Shown one piece after another: positions 12,691 through 28,049 of a stretch of DNA of 64,000 nucleotides. Position numbers and translations under genes: made by a program. The stretch covers positions 1,612,001 to 1,676,000 of the forward strand of contig OZ287078.1 in the NCBI GenBank assembly GCA_965645245.1. Direction: 5' to 3'. This DNA is from Massalongia carnosa (taxonomy: Eukaryota). Position 1 is the first letter of the stretch; every line of letters begins with the position of its first letter. Under the pieces are notes generated by a model. The model ran no database searches and was not told where the DNA came from. It saw only the letters and a list, made by a program, of their open reading frames with translations.

Positions 12691-15356
12691 TCACCCCTGC
12701 ACCTCCTTCAGCTTGTTTAGAAACATCCTCTTATCCTCCTCGGATATAAACTCAATCCGTATAGCCGTAATCTTCTTCTCCGCTTTCGATTTCGCAGGCT
12801 TATCCTCCCCGACGGGCGACTCCTTCTTCTTCTCGTCGATGGACACTTCGAGTCCCTTAATCTTGACGTGCCGCTCGCCATCGCCGCGGAAGTGGATCCG
12901 TTTCCGCGATGTGAACCCCACGTTAAAGGCCAGGTAGCCGTCACGGAAGTGGGGGGAATAGTGAACCATAGCGAGGACGTCGCCTGAATCGAGCCGCCAC
13001 AGCCGAATGTTTTCGAGGCCGCAAAGTTGTTCTTGGAAGGCGAAGGCGCCGCCCAGGCCGTCATGAACACGGAGGGTGCGTTTCGTTTTGAGGCTGAGGA
13101 TGAGCGATTGGCCCATTAAAACGCTCTGGAAGAGGGCAGATCCTACATCGAATTTAAGTGACTTTGATTTCATAGAATTATTAAGGAAGTCTACCTGTCT
13201 CGTCGGCAAACACATAATTCACCCATTGGGTCTTGACGATATTGAGTGGCCGAGAGTTGTGCACTATATCATGGAATTTCAGTTCTGCGCCTACGCGGAG
13301 AACCACCTTCAGATTGTTTCCCCAAATGGTGTAAGGAATTATCTGAGAACCGTCGGGCACTATTTAGTCATTAGCGGAGACATTCCATCTAAAAGTTTCG
13401 TGCGTACATTTCTGTTGAAGGCGAATCTTTCGATCGTCGCTCATGATCCAGATGCTGGTGATAAAGTGCGAGCCCGTGGTATATTTTTGCATCCTCGTGA
13501 TGATGCTAATCTTGCATGACGAAGCCGCTTCCGTCATTTTCCATTCTCCTGGGTTGTCTTCGTCAGGGGCGGTATACTCTACAAGGGTTCCGTTGCTAAC
13601 CCTTCTGTTAGTAACCGTAACACATGTTCCAAAAGACGCCTTACGCTTCACAAAGAGTCGCAGAATCACGAGTAAGCTCACTCTCAAACAAGGCTTGTTC
13701 GGCCTCTGTTGCCAGCGCCTGCATGGATGGTAAATCCGTTGAATCATAGGCCGGCATGAACGAAGTAATCGAGCTATTTAGATGAAGAGGCTGAGCGTCC
13801 TGGGTTGGGGGTATGAGTGGGGAAGGAAGCATCACAGGTAATCCAAGGGATAACTCAAAAGATGGTCTTGCTCGTACGCTGAAGGAAGAGCTCTCCGATA
13901 CCCTCAGTGTTTGGTCTGATTGAACCTGGCTAGTATTTGGGCGTGATGGTCCATGAGATCTCTCCGACGCCTCATAGAGAATGCTTGAATAAGACGTTTC
14001 GTTGGAGGTAGTCGAAGATGCATGGGACACGCGCGAAGGCGTAAGTCTAAGAGGAGACCTGGGAGGTATCTGAGGAGTTTCTTGAGGCGAAACTGCAGCA
14101 GATACTACGGAAGTAGTATTCGATGAGGCTGAGGGCGGCATAACCACAGACGGGACTGAAGGAAAGTAGGTTGAATTTGACGGAAATCTTCCAGATGATA
14201 CGGGAGAAGCTTGCGATGTCGCGGGTGATGAGATATCTATGGCTGGCTCTATTGAAGTATCCAGATTGCTAGGGCGCGCCGTCTGGATCAACTCGGCCGC
14301 TTGTCCAGCATGGTTTGCAACAGATTTCCTCCATTTGTAGTCGTATACAGGAGGAGGTTCATCGGTAGACCGTACGCGAGGGGGCCGTTCGACACGATCG
14401 GGGGCTCTTCCTTCCTCAACTCCATTCCCAGGTGTCTCTCTTGGTTGTGGTGCTGATATTTCCCTGCCAGCCAGCTCCGGTGTTCTCCCAGGGGTAAGTG
14501 GATACTGATACTTGTCGGTGTTGACGCGTCGAAGGTTGTAGATTGAGACAGGATCCGGATTAGATGCTTGCTTCTTCACTTCCTTCGGAGAAGCCGACCC
14601 ATTATTGTCCATGGGCCATGTTTTTGACGAATCACCAATCCCTGACATAGTCTCCATCAAGTCATGGATCTCGGTAATCTTGGCATCTAAATCGCCATTA
14701 AATTTTTTGCGAATACTCGTAACTTTGTCTGCCATGGGCTCAACGGTATTCTCGAGCCGTGTAAGAGATTTGCTGGGCAGATGTAAGTTTTATCGCCTAG
14801 GTCTTCCTTGCGCATCTAAACAAACCTTTGCAATGCTTGCATTATCAAAGAAATAGAGCGAACATGCATCTGAAGCGTGTCCCTCAAAACCTGGATATCC
14901 CCACCTTCGGACGTCCACCAGATCTTTTTATAGTTGCGAACGAATATCGGCCTCCAGATTCGCTGAACCGCAATGCTCCCATTTCCATCGGGTCTTATCA
15001 CATCTTGATATTGATCGACGAGGGCGTTAAGATTCTCAAGAGTCTAGATAATTTGATTAGCAAACTTGCGAAGAGGACACCATCGGTCAGAATAGAATTT
15101 AACTTGCCTGCCGACAGCATTCTAAAATTTTGTCTAGACCATCCTTGGTCTTTTCGTCCGCTCTCGCAAGTATACTATCATCCTTGTCAAGAACTTCAGC
15201 GAGCAAAGTTATAGCTTTCGTTAGACTTGTCAACTCATTCTCGATTTCGCGAAATTCGGCCGGAGCGCCAGGTCGTCCGGAGGTAAAAGTGCATCCTATC
15301 TTCCATGCTAGCTGCGATAGCTCCATGATATCTGCAACTGATGAAAGGCTCGCCAT
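12691..15356 (-). CDS. Conserved fungal hypothetical protein (helical N-terminal HeLo/SesA-like domain, long S/P-rich linker, C-terminal globular domain); multi-exon
   Basis: ORFs 15099-15356, 14816-15001, 13641-14735, 13364-13747 and 12691-13215 join through introns. The N-terminus (LSQLAWKIG..FTSGRPGAPAEFREIENEL) resembles fungal N-terminal helical domains. Confidence 0.65.
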
Positions 15357-16405
15357 TTCGCTTTAGATCTACAGGAACCCGTGATGGGATGAGTATCTAA
15401 ATTCTTTGGAAGATTTGGTGCCAAATGCCCACTCTAGCGCGTTCAACTCGATGTTGATTGGGAGTGATCACAAGAGAAATCTAGCCCAGTTCAAAGGGCA
15501 GCACAGACCAATATCAAGTACTGTGGAGTTCATGCAGGTTCGATGAATGGAGGTCGCAGGTCGGCAGCCGACTCATGGCGGATGTCATCAAAGCCGAACC
15601 AGGGAAAGGTCACTGGGGTGGTCCCAGCTCGGGATCACCACTTGCGGCTTGACCTTGAGTGACATTGAACGTTCGGGGAGTGCTGATACATTTCGTGTGT
15701 AAAAAGTGTCGACGACGATGAGAGGACACCTGACACACGGGATAGAATCCGTAGGGATGATTGGACACTCCATTCCCGCCTAAACTTCCTGGTCTTATAA
15801 AGAGAAATGGCGGAATTAACAGATTTAATGCTCGATGCTTGAAAGCGATCCCACTATCTTGAACCAATGAATTAAGCACAGAATGGCGTTGGGTTGTCAA
15901 ACCGTATCTGTGGCTGATGACAACAGAGGAAGGATTTTCGGCTTCAAAAGACGAAAATTCCAATTGGACCAAGAATGAATGCATGGCTTAAATGATGTAG
16001 GTTAGACTCAACCTTGTTTGACAGGCGCTCAATCATGTTATTGTCGCATGGCTAAGGGAGGCCAGTGTTAGGCCGCACTCTAGCGCTTCATCCACCAGGA
16101 AAAAGGGAAAAACCTGGTCACTCACGTCCTCTATATTCCACCACCAAGCTAAAATCAGAAGCAAGCGGGCACAAGACAGAACCAGGTGTGCGACACTTGT
16201 TAGTCTAAGCTATCGTCTTTTTCTAAAACTGAACGCCTCTAAATAGTTACTCGCCTCCTTTTCCGAGGCATGACAAGGACGCAACCCCCATGTATTTCCT
16301 CCTGTTTCGTGGTGATATAGAATCGTTAATGATAGAGCCCAACTCAGTGACCGCCGCACAATCTCTCCGAGTCCTGTGCCAAGCCCACAAATAACCCTGG
16401 AAGAC

Positions 16406-18430
16406 TTAGACTTGCCCCATTGTAACCATTTTCTTTCGCAAGTAGTTTTTGTACCCTCCAATCGAACCGTCCCATCGTCGAATCGTCTTGTTCTCGCATA
16501 CCATGATATCCTTTGCAATTTTATCCAGCAGTCTGTAGGCTTGTGGTTAGTATTTCGCACTAGGGACGACCGAAGCCAACAAATTGGAAAGACTGACCGA
16601 AAGTCGTGAGATACAACAACTACCCCTCCACTAAATGCGTTGATAGCATCGGCCAGAGAATCAATGGTAGGAATGTCTAATCCGTTGGTTGGTTCATCCA
16701 GCAACAACATGTTCGGCCCATCGATGGCCAACAGCGCAAATACGATTCTGCTCTTCTGGCCTTCGGACAAGGTACCCATCAACGCCGTTTGGGACTCTCC
16801 CGAGAGACCATATCGGCCAAGCTGTTGCCTCCAGTATTGGTAATCCTGGCTCTTGTCACTATACTTGTCTCGCACAAAGTCCAGCGCTGATTTGGTTAGA
16901 TCTAACTGTTCCGCGGAATGCTGGCTGTAGACGCCCAGCTTGAGGTGTGTATGTCTCGATACGACGCCGGCTGTCGGCGAGAGCTTGCCAGTCATGAGGC
17001 GTAGAAGAGTGGATTTCCCGACACCATTGGGGCCAACAAGGGCTGTCCGAGAATCCATGTCAACACCAAGATCCAAGTTTTCGTATAAATTATCTTTCGC
17101 CTTTCCAGAGTATGAGAACGTCACATCATCGAAAGAAAGAACGGGCGGTGGAAGCTTCTCTACGTCGGCGAAGCGGAACGTAAAAACCCGATCTGAGGCG
17201 ACGGGCTGAATGAAGCCCTCAGCTTCCATTTTGTCGAGAATCTTTTGCCGAGACTTTGCTTGTCGGACGAGATTTGCATATGTACCAGCGGATGCAATGA
17301 ACTTTTTTATGTGAGAGATCTCTTCCTGTTGCTTAGCATACGCCTTAGTTTGATTGGTCTCCTGTTCTGTGCGGGTTTTGGTATACGAGTCGTAGTTACC
17401 ACCATAATATATCAATTTTTTCATTCGCATGTCGATCATATTGGTACATACGCCATTGATAAAATCCATACTGTGTGAAACGAGGATTAGGGTACGATCC
17501 CACTTTTTCAAGTACTCTTCTAGCCATACGCAAGCCTCGAGATCCAAATGGGCCGTTGGGTCGTCAAGCAGAAGAAGGGAAGGCTTGACGAATAAAGCTT
17601 TAGCAAGCGCCACACGCATACGCCATCCACCCGACATATCTTTTGTGAACTTGTGAATCGTCTGTTTGTTAAACCCTAGGCCAGTCAAGATGAGAGATGC
17701 CCGGGTCTGGAATGTTGAAGGATCCATATTTTCCATTCGCTACAAGGGTCAGCTTTATATACGAATGGTGCAGAAAATGAAATACCTCATATAAATCCTC
17801 CAGCACCGGATTCTCCGGGCCATCCCTTTCCAATATCTCCTCGGCCAGCTTATCTAACCTCTCCATCTCATTTTCTGCCTCTTTCACCACCCACTCTAGA
17901 GCACCAAGATCACTTGGAGGGGCACCTTCGTTTAATAAGTAAATGTCAACATGTTCGGGTATTGGGTATTCCCGTTTGTCGATTGCTTTGAGGAAGGTCG
18001 ATTTGCCACAGCCGTTCTCGCCCAGCAGGCCATATCTTCTACCATAGTTTAACTCGAGTGTGGTGTCGGTAATGAGAACTTTTCCATGAAAGACCAGCGA
18101 TGCAGAATTAATTTTGACATCGCGGCTTGCAGGTAATGATGCTAACACGCCAGTTGTAACTCTATCCGACAGGCCATGCTTATCAAGTTGCTCGGTGAGT
18201 TTCTTCACACTGGACATCTTCTCCTCCGTCGTCGCCGGCTGCTCATCGTCAGCCAAGGCATTGCCGTCACCGTCGATTAATGGCGGGGTTTCATCTCCGT
18301 TAACAGATGATGCAGAGGATGCAGTTTTAGAGGCAGATTTGGAAGTAACCCTTGAGGCTGCCGTCTTCTTTTTCTCGGTTCCGGTATCAGCACGCTTTGC
18401 CTGGCGTGCAGCCTTAGAAGCTGAGACCAT
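16406..18430 (-). CDS. ARB1: ABC-F family ATPase Arb1/ABCF2
   Basis: Two NBDs ([49 protein letters not shown]), no TM, N-terminal [13 protein letters not shown]; two introns; ends KKMVTMGQV*. Confidence 0.92.
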
Positions 18431-19020
18431 ATTTGTTGTGCTATGAGACGGAAACGAACTTCAAGACTTGTTCTTGATGGTGGGGGCGGGAAGTGGGCTG
18501 AATATCTATCTGCCTTATCGATTAGCGTTTTCAGCCAAGGGCGACAAGTGAAAAATTTCGAGATAATGTGGCGAAAGTAATCAAGACAAGGAGGCGGCCG
18601 TTCAATGAGACAGGCCTGAATGATGAAAGCGCTTTGTTAAATGTTTGGCTGTGGTGAATTTTCATCAACAGAGAGCTGAGAATTAATTTTGTGGGGATTT
18701 TAGCGCTTTCAATTCAGCCTTGTGTTCGCCAAATGCTGGATATCCTCTAGATATGGGTTTTCAGGGTCAGACATTCTTCCAATATCTGTCTACCTCTAGA
18801 CACGAGGTGTACGTATGCTGGCTTTCTTCCCAAGTATCTCAAAGTGTTCTGTCGCTGAGAATGTCGTGGGTTAACCGCTTTAGGCTGCATGTAGTAAGGA
18901 TGCATGATCTCAGGCTCCATAGTCCATCGGTATCGTCGAGGTGACTTGGATCCTTTTCTTCTTCTTTCAGAATCGCTATCATTTCAACTTAATCTCTTTC
19001 TATAAGAATCACCTTAAAGA

Positions 19021-19888
19021 TTGCCAACGGATCGAGTCGTCTCTAGCCAGCGCACTTACAGCACACGATCGTCTACCTATGCCGACTCATGGCATCCAGC
19101 CCTTGCTGCAGACTACATAGAGTGGACATGCCCGCTGTCGGGTCAATATGTGCTGGACTTGACATGTGGCACCGGGCTTGTCTCGCTTCTGGCCAGAAAG
19201 CAGGTCGGGCCCACTAGCACAGTCACAGGTATAGATGTTAGCGATGGCATGATGCAGGTTGCAAAACACAAGGCTCAGGCACAAAGACTGCATGTAGAGT
19301 TCATTCATCAGGATATCATGGATCTGGAGGAGCTGAAAGGGAGGATGATACATGATGATTACGATCTCATAAGTTGCACTATAGCATTGGTGTTGCTGGA
19401 TGATCTAGCCAATGCAATCACGCAATGGGCCGCATTACTGAGACCGGGGGGAAGATTAATAACAGATGTGCTGACCGAGAAATCACTGCTGCCGGGTTTG
19501 ATTTTTGAAGAGGTGAGAGGAATTTGGAGCGAAACTGCCGTATTGCCATGCTTGGGTTAAGGGTGTTAGGTCCTTGCATAAGCTGACGACAGACGCGGGT
19601 TTGGAGATCGAGCAAGCTTTGATGACACAGGGTTATTCTCAGCCAGCTAATGAAAATGGCGATGCGGGGGGTGCACTGTTCGATAGAAGGGTCCTCCACA
19701 AGCCAGGAGGCGCTGAACAGAGTGAACACGATAAATTATTAGGGGTGTTTGTGGAAAAGCTTGCAGTGCCTGATATACGCAAGCAAGCCAGAGCGCTATC
19801 TGTGGACACGTTCTAAGCCAGAGTAGGTAGTGATGGTGTGGTCCGTAACCAGAATCGCTTGTATGTGGTAATGGGCACGAAGCTATGA
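19021..19888 (+). pseudogene. Degraded class I SAM-dependent methyltransferase (UbiE-like)
   Basis: VLDLTCGTGLV motif I, GIDVSDGMM, LLRPGGRLI. No ATG start seen, a frameshift near 19520-19560 and an internal TAA at 19814-19816. Confidence 0.75.
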
Positions 19889-20899
19889 AATAGGTGAAAA
19901 CAGAGTTGACGAGGTAAGATTGTTACATAAAACCAATTCTATTGAAATTGATACAGGTCTGAGCTCTATTGTGTCCGATCGAATCAATCGTAACGCCTTA
20001 CATCTAGCGTCCTGCCTTCCTTAGAACTCGCCCTGGCTAGCTCAACAAGTCGTATTATTGAAGCTGCATCGTTTGCCTTGACCGGGACGTCACCTTCCCC
20101 TGATAAAGCCTGGGCGAATTGACTGTAGAAGGTCCTGTATGTAAGTGGTTCGATATTATGATGGACTGCTCGAGTTGGTTCGCCATCTTTTATTGTGGTC
20201 AAAATGCCTTGAACCAGTCAGTCTAATCATCACAGATATATTCTAAGATTGACACACCATGCCGCTCTTCCGCTTCCATCCCAAATCCAGCGTCTCCCGG
20301 TCTCTTCCCTTCCTTGAGCTGATCTTCTTGACAATCCAAATGGAACTAGCAGGTACATTAAAATAATGCGTAAACCTAAAGCCGAACACCCACCTTTCTG
20401 TAGCTTCCTTTGTCCCCTCTAACCCAATATCTTAGCTGCTCCTCCTCGATGCTGATAACAGCAGCCTTCACTGTTGCGAGCATACCATCATAATGGAGCA
20501 GTACTGTGCAGGAATCCTCGTAGCTATTGATATTACTCTCCCTTTGAGATCCAATAAAGCCAGTGATCTTATTTGGCATTCCAAACGTTAGTACTATTTG
20601 ATCTATCAAGTGAGTCCCGAGATCATAGATAACTCCTCCGCCAGGTCGCTTCTCTGTCTTCCATCCTCCACTGGTGGCTACTGGCCGATGACGATCAAGG
20701 TGCGTTTCGAACGAGATGCTTAGGGACAGTCCCCCCCCTGTGTAAATCTTTGCTAGTAAACAGCCATTTCACTGCTCAAGGGTGCGTACAAGCTAGTACT
20801 CTAATGCAACTGCCAACAGCACATTAAACTCTTTTCGGTTTAAATCGTATGACGTGTTTATTGCTAATAATAATTACCCTACTCGGTCTGATAACTCAA

Positions 20900-21765
<866 letters not shown>

Positions 21766-21869
21766 ACACTTACCATTTGCCCTTACCCTTGTCCTAACCC
21801 TTTTCCCTGTCTAAATCTCTCCTTCCACTTATGCTATACCTCATTATATTTTTTACTACTCCTCATCGC

Positions 21870-22720
21870 GATGGAGTTCGATCCCACTTCTTTGGATGCA
21901 CGAAAGCAACATGTCATTGCCCTTCTATCCTCATCTCACCTCCTTCCTCCGCAAGAAAATGAGTTATTTTCGTCTTGAAAGAAGGCAAAGACTCGTCTTC
22001 AAGACTATGCCTTCACTCAATGCTTCGCGTTGGTCACAGAAACTCACGATAAGAAAAGCCATTTAATCGTATTAGACTACACACGCCATCACAAAAGAGT
22101 TAGAAACACTAGAAAAGTAGAGGAGGAAGACCGGGTGCGAGCCAATACCAAAGTTTCGTTCAATGAGTGCCCTTATCGCCTCCGTCTCAAAAAAAAAAAA
22201 AAGACAATGCATGGAGACCAATAGTCACTAACTCCGAGCACAATCATGAGATGGCCACTGATCCCTTTGCATTCAGAGAACATAGTAGGGACCCTGATCG
22301 AACAGATGCCCTAGATCAAGGGAAGAGTCTCCGTGCATCGTCAACCCAATATGGCCAAGCAGCGAGAATATTAGGAATCCAAGGACTCCGTCTGTCGAGG
22401 AGCGATTAGTATAATCTCGCTCATTCGGAGGGAGCTCACACACCTGAAGAAGAGCTTCTTTTTGCCTTGGGCTCGTTGAAAGACAGGGGCTTTCATGTAC
22501 GGTGCAAGGAAAATATATTGTTAAGAATAATGTGCGTGAGAGACGGGTGATAGAACATTTTTTATTTTGCAATGCGGAGCAAATTAGGCTGGCTCGACGT
22601 TTCGTGGGTGGATTTCTATTAGAGACGGGATGCAACGTTCAATACTAATATATTGAAGCTGCCTTTATTCGTTTTGGTTGGAATCACTAACACCGACCTT
22701 TCGTTTCTCGTCGCTTATTG
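21870..22720 (+). pseudogene. MULE transposase remnant (FAR1/WRKY-GCM1-type DNA-binding region plus start of the DDE domain)
   Basis: LQDYAFTQCFALV...ECPYRLRL...WRPIVTNSEHNHEM, later TFNTNILKLPLFVLVGITNT-like; stops, frameshifts and an internal deletion. Confidence 0.8.
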
Positions 22721-24269
22721 CTATATAACTTAATCCTACCTCAGGCAGCGCAGCCACTATCTCTTTATAGTCTTAGCCAAAACGTGCGCGCCAGTCAAAT
22801 TCTCCCTACTTCCTCTGCAACAACGCGAAGGTCTCGGGGTGTGGCGAAGAAATCAAAGGCTCAGTTGGAGTTGGGATATCAGCAAAGAGTCGAGAGATCA
22901 GTCAAACAGGCTAGGGCTCAAGCGAGAAAGGAAACGGCGATGAGAAAGGTGGCTAAAACCATGAAGCCTAGAAAAGATGATGTATCGCAATTGGCTGACG
23001 AGTTTTTGGAGTTGAGGTCATCGCAATCGTAGATTTGTAGGTGTTCAATACACTTAGTCAGTAACAGCAACATTATTAATACGTAGTGTAACTGCTAGCT
23101 TGTACGCACCCTGGATGAGTAGTAAAATGGCTGTTTACTAGTAAATATTTACACAAGGGGGGGACGGTCGGGGGGGGACTGTCCCTAAGCATCTCGCGTT
23201 TCGAACTCCAAGAGCCCCATCCCGGATTAAACTCATCAGCGTGATGAAATCCGTATCCCACCTCCGATCTTTCGAACTTATTAGTAAGATCAGACCAATA
23301 ATGAAGGTTTCTCACTCTGATAGACCGTAATGAGTCGCTGGTTTCGTTCTGCGATGCTTATTAGCTCGTTAGCCTCATCATAAGTTGGCGTAAACGGCTT
23401 TTCTACGATCACTAAGGCCAAAATCAGGTTCCATAATCAGAATCAGAATCAAGTGCTTCTCTTTCTGCACTACCATGCTTTCCATTTTCCAACGCCAGTT
23501 TTGTTAATGAAAAGTGCGATTCTGGTGTAGTTGTAATAACAGCCACATCAATAGCTGCATCTTTAACCACCTCTTCAGTTGATCTGTAGGTCTTAATACC
23601 TGGATGGTCTATCTTTGCATCATCTGGTGGCTTTGGGCTCCTTTGAATAACAGCATACAACCTGAATTGGGAGACAGCTTCTATTAATGGAATATGGAAC
23701 ACTTTAGCAGACAAGCCGTAACCAATGACGCTGACATTGTACTTTGGAGAGGTCATTTTTCAGCATAAGAAATCGATAGCCAAGCAAGGTGAGTTTCTTC
23801 GAAGAAACCTTCAATCATGTTCCACCGCAGCAACGTAACATGTCCCGAGCGATGACAGCATTGGGACGCCAACGCCGGGCCGGCCAAAACTACGCTCTGC
23901 AGGGCACGTATAAAGGCATACTTGAGATTTATGCTGGATCCTTCCTGGGCGTTTGAATAGGTTATGTACAACTAATGTCACATGACTAGAGTCACTGGGT
24001 TTGCTAAGCGATTCAGCTGGATTGGTGTCTCTCTTAGGGTCAGTGTACGGTAATGTCATTGCTCCAAGCTGTTTAGGAGGCCTAATCTAAGGAGCGATGG
24101 ATTATCTGCTTACACCTCTTTAGTCTCTCTTATGTTGCTTCCACGACAATCATACCCATTGATGGCTTCGGCCTATAAAGTGGGAGAACCGGATCGACTC
24201 AATGCACGCTATTGTCATGGAAGGCTGCCTCATCATCGACCGACGTCCGCTGAATGGCAGCACGGCCAC

Positions 24270-25248
24270 TCAAGCTTCACTTCCGATACATCGTGTTATT
24301 TCTATTCCATCCTGGAATGAATTAATCACACGACCTCCCAACGGATTACAACACACTTACTGGCACTCCGGTTGGTTCATAACTATGAATGAGTTTGCTC
24401 TCGTAGATCAAATTTGGATTTCCTTTGATCTCTGTGTCCACTTTCTCTGCTCCGACGCTTTTGATGTACTGATCCTTGTATCTGGTCGAAAAGGCTTCAA
24501 TGCTTTCCCCGTTCGTGTTCTCTGATTCATGTTTCCTGCGCTTATCTTGAACACTACTTCGAACGTAATCCAAATAGGGCGGATTTCCAGGCTTGATGCA
24601 GTTATCCGCGGCCAATACGCTTCCAGGAGTGATGAGACTGAGTTGTTCGCACAACTTTAGGTCGGCAATGTATGCAGGTTTCCAATGGTCAAGAAACATC
24701 AAATCAATGTGCTCAAGATTACCTTCCACATATAATCTTCCAATTGAGTCCGCACTGGGGCCCACGATGATCTTGACGTAATCATCCAAACCAGCGAGAT
24801 TTACCATCGACATGATAACTGCGGCAAATTCTGGATTCCTTTCCAGGCTATAGTATCTCTTGCCTCCTGCTCTACGCGCAACGTCACCGAACAATACCGC
24901 AGAATATCCAATATAGCCTCCAAGCTCGACCATTACTTTCGGCTTAACATTTTTTATTAGGTCTACCACAATCTTGCCCTTGTCCTCACCGACGTTCATC
25001 AAGTACTTTTTCGTCCGGCCGAATTCATCGATCGCCTCTAGTAATCGACTTGGAGATCCTCGAATATCTGCAATCATCGGATGGTTATAGACGAAATGCA
25101 AAAGTTCAATCTCTCGCCCATCATCGAACTTGGCAGTCTCAGCTGAAAAGTAAACTGGGTTTTCTTGGCTGTAACTTACAAAAGTGCTTTCTTGTTCCGC
25201 GTAAGCTTTTTTGTCGTCGAATTTGGGTGTCTCCGTCGAGCCTGCCAT
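24270..25248 (-). CDS. mysB: Catechol-type O-methyltransferase, MysB-like (4-deoxygadusol forming)
   Basis: LMNVGEDKG, VELGGYIGYS, MFLDHWKPAY, ADNCIKPGNPPY. A terminal intron (GTAAGT, 24312-24360) adds DGIEITRCIGSEA*. Divergent from the DDG synthase. Confidence 0.85.
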
Positions 25249-26153
25249 TTTTTGAGTTTTTCTTTGTAATAGTTGATTTAATCTTTTGCTGTTTTTCGAC
25301 GTCACTTATCAGTCTTCATCGTCGGCCAATCAAGCAGCACGTGTGGTGATCTAAGTGTTCTGTGCCTATTCCTAGCAATTATCTTGACATCGATGATTAG
25401 AAGCGATAGTTATGACGTGCATTATCAGCGGGGTTAAATTCCCCCTTTTCACTTTTTCCTGCCTAAACCCCTCTTTTAACTTCTCAACCTTGGGGGGCTG
25501 AAGCTAGAATCTGGGGAAAAAGTCAATTCTTGGCGCATAACCTGCCATCCCCCACAGAGTCGAAGTTGACTTTACACGACTTCATTACCTTGTTGCGCAT
25601 TGATTTCTTTGCCTAGGATCCTAACGAAAACGGTCGGGTGCATATGGTTTTGATGGCATAATCGCTTAGTAGCCCGGATGAGGATCCAAGTTTATGCATG
25701 ATCGACGACAGCAATTTATCTTAAGAAAATAAAAGGCTTACGAAAAAGCCCTCATGAAAACTCAATCTATCCGAGATCTGGCACCATTGTACCGGTAGTC
25801 AGATCTGTGGGGCAACCGGTAATTTTTATGTGTGAATCATGTTGTCAAACCTGCACTTGCATAACAAGGTTACACAATCAGAGCGGAATTAAAATTTTTT
25901 GCTTGTATTCGGGTGCCGCTCCGTCGAATTCTACCCGTTCGCGCTACATTGACATCCGGCTTTTTCAAACTCAAACCTTTCAATCGGAGGTTCGGCCGGG
26001 CCCCAGTGCGGATCATATTTAGTTTACATCAATCGCTCTTCACCTTCCCGGAGAATCGTCGCCATTGAGCATGAGACTAGGCTGTGAGTGGCTCATATGT
26101 CTCGTCATGTATGTTCGCACGACTGCTCTTGAAACTGCGGACGATCATATGGA

Positions 26154-26222
26154 AATTTGACGTGCATACTGGCCAACAGCTGCTTGCATGCATATGTGCA
26201 TGCGAATTTCGAATTTGACGTG
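26154..26222 (+). promoter_or_regulatory. Duplicated AATTTGACGTG (CRE/ATF-like TGACGT) motif in the divergent mysB/mysA promoter
   Basis: Identical 11-mer at 26154-26164 and 26212-26222; a third TGACGTG lies near 25412. Confidence 0.35.
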
Positions 26223-26426
26223 ATCCCCATGCTATGGACTCATTTTAGCGGCGCGATTTGGGTAGTTCATTTCGCCTCGTTTGGATGATGCGGTAGAGCG
26301 TCGTGTGGTTGAGGATGATATAATAGGGGAGGCCCCCACTGCTTTAGTTGAATACCATCAGGAATTTCTTGTTAACTCTTCCCTGTTCTTTTTTTCTCTT
26401 TTTCAACAGCATAAGTCCTTTTCATC

Positions 26427-28049
26427 ATGTCTGACATGAAGGCCTCTGTCCTTGAGACAAAGAATGGATTTCACGTTGAGGGATATGAGAAGATCTCATA
26501 CGATTTCACATTTCTGGATGGAGTCTTCGACCCTAAGAATCCCCAGCTAGCTGCCTGTTACGAGCGCTGGGGTAGAGTGTTAGCCGTAACGGACTTGAAC
26601 GTTTACAACGTCTATGGGGAACAAATTGAGAAGTATTTCCGACACCACAACATTACGCTCAAGGTCCACAAGACGAAGATTGGAGAAAAAGCAAAGACCA
26701 TCCCTACCTTTCTGAGTATTGTTGATTCCATGACCGATTTCGGCATCATCCGCAAGGTACTCGCTACCTTTTTGCTACCTTTCGATGACGTTGTCGACTA
26801 ACACGTTCCAGGAGCCCGTCCTAGTTGTTGGTGGAGGGCTTGTCACCGATGTTGCTGGGTAAAGGCTTCCTATTTTATTGATGATATCAGGGCATGTAGC
26901 ACGCCCAACGCAAGTGCTAATTCTTCCTGTCTGCAGATTCGCTTGTGCTGCATACCGCAGGAGCACCAACTTCATTCGCGTACCAACCACGGTCATTGGT
27001 CTTATTGACGCCTCGGTCTCCATCAAAGTGGCCGTCAACTATGGCAATTACAAAAACCGCCTTGGTGCCTATCATGCACCTATGCATACCTTCCTTGATT
27101 TTACGTTCCTCCGCACCTTGCCAACTGCCCAGATTCGAAATGGGTTTGCCGAACTGATCAAAATATCAACTTGCTCGCATTTAGATACATTCAATTTACT
27201 GGACAAGTACTGTGAGGAGCTTATCAGCACCGGCTTCGGAAGAAGCGATGGCGCCTCGGAGGAAGTTCGGGTGGCTGCAGATAAGATCAATAAAGAGGGC
27301 ATTCATGAGATGCTGAAGTTGGAGACTCCGAACCTTCACGAAATTGGGCTGGATAGAATAATTGCGTACGGCCACACGTAAGCGAATTGATCCCGCTCGG
27401 CCTATCGCATTCTAACCGCCATAGATGGTCGCCGATGCATGAGCTTTTACCAGAGACGCCCCTCCGTCATGGCCACGCCATATCTATCGACATGGCTTAC
27501 TCGGCTACCTTGGCAAACAATCGCAAATTGATCAGTGACGCCGAGCACCGACGTATCCTGAATTTGTTTTCGCGGGCTGGCTTATCCATGGATCACCCCT
27601 TATTCGACGAAGAGATTCTGGATAAGGGAACAGCGGCCATCCTCAAGACGAGAGACGGCATGCTTCGCGCGGCCGTACCGAATCCCATTGGGTCTTGTAC
27701 TTTCCTCAATGACGTGGAGGCACCTGAACTCAACGCCGCTCTGCGACGGCACAAGCAACTGATGAAGGAGTATCCTCGCAACGGCGAAGGCCTTGAAGCC
27801 TATGTAGATGCAAGCGATACAGGCTATACCGAGAATAACAAAACTGAGGTTGAAGCCATTGAGGTTGCCGCCGAGGAAGCAGGGAAGCTAAACGAAAATG
27901 TGACGATTTATGGTGGCAGCGCCCCCAATGGCCATACGAATGGTTATACGAATGGCCACACTAATGGCATGAAGGAAAAACTCGCGAATGGCTTTGCCGA
28001 GGACCTTAGCAACGGGGCGAACGGCTTCATCAATGGAGCCACAGCGTGA
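26427..28049 (+). CDS. mysA: Demethyl-4-deoxygadusol synthase (sedoheptulose-7-phosphate cyclase, DHQS-like), MysA
   Basis: [90 protein letters not shown] motifs; three introns. Confidence 0.92.
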
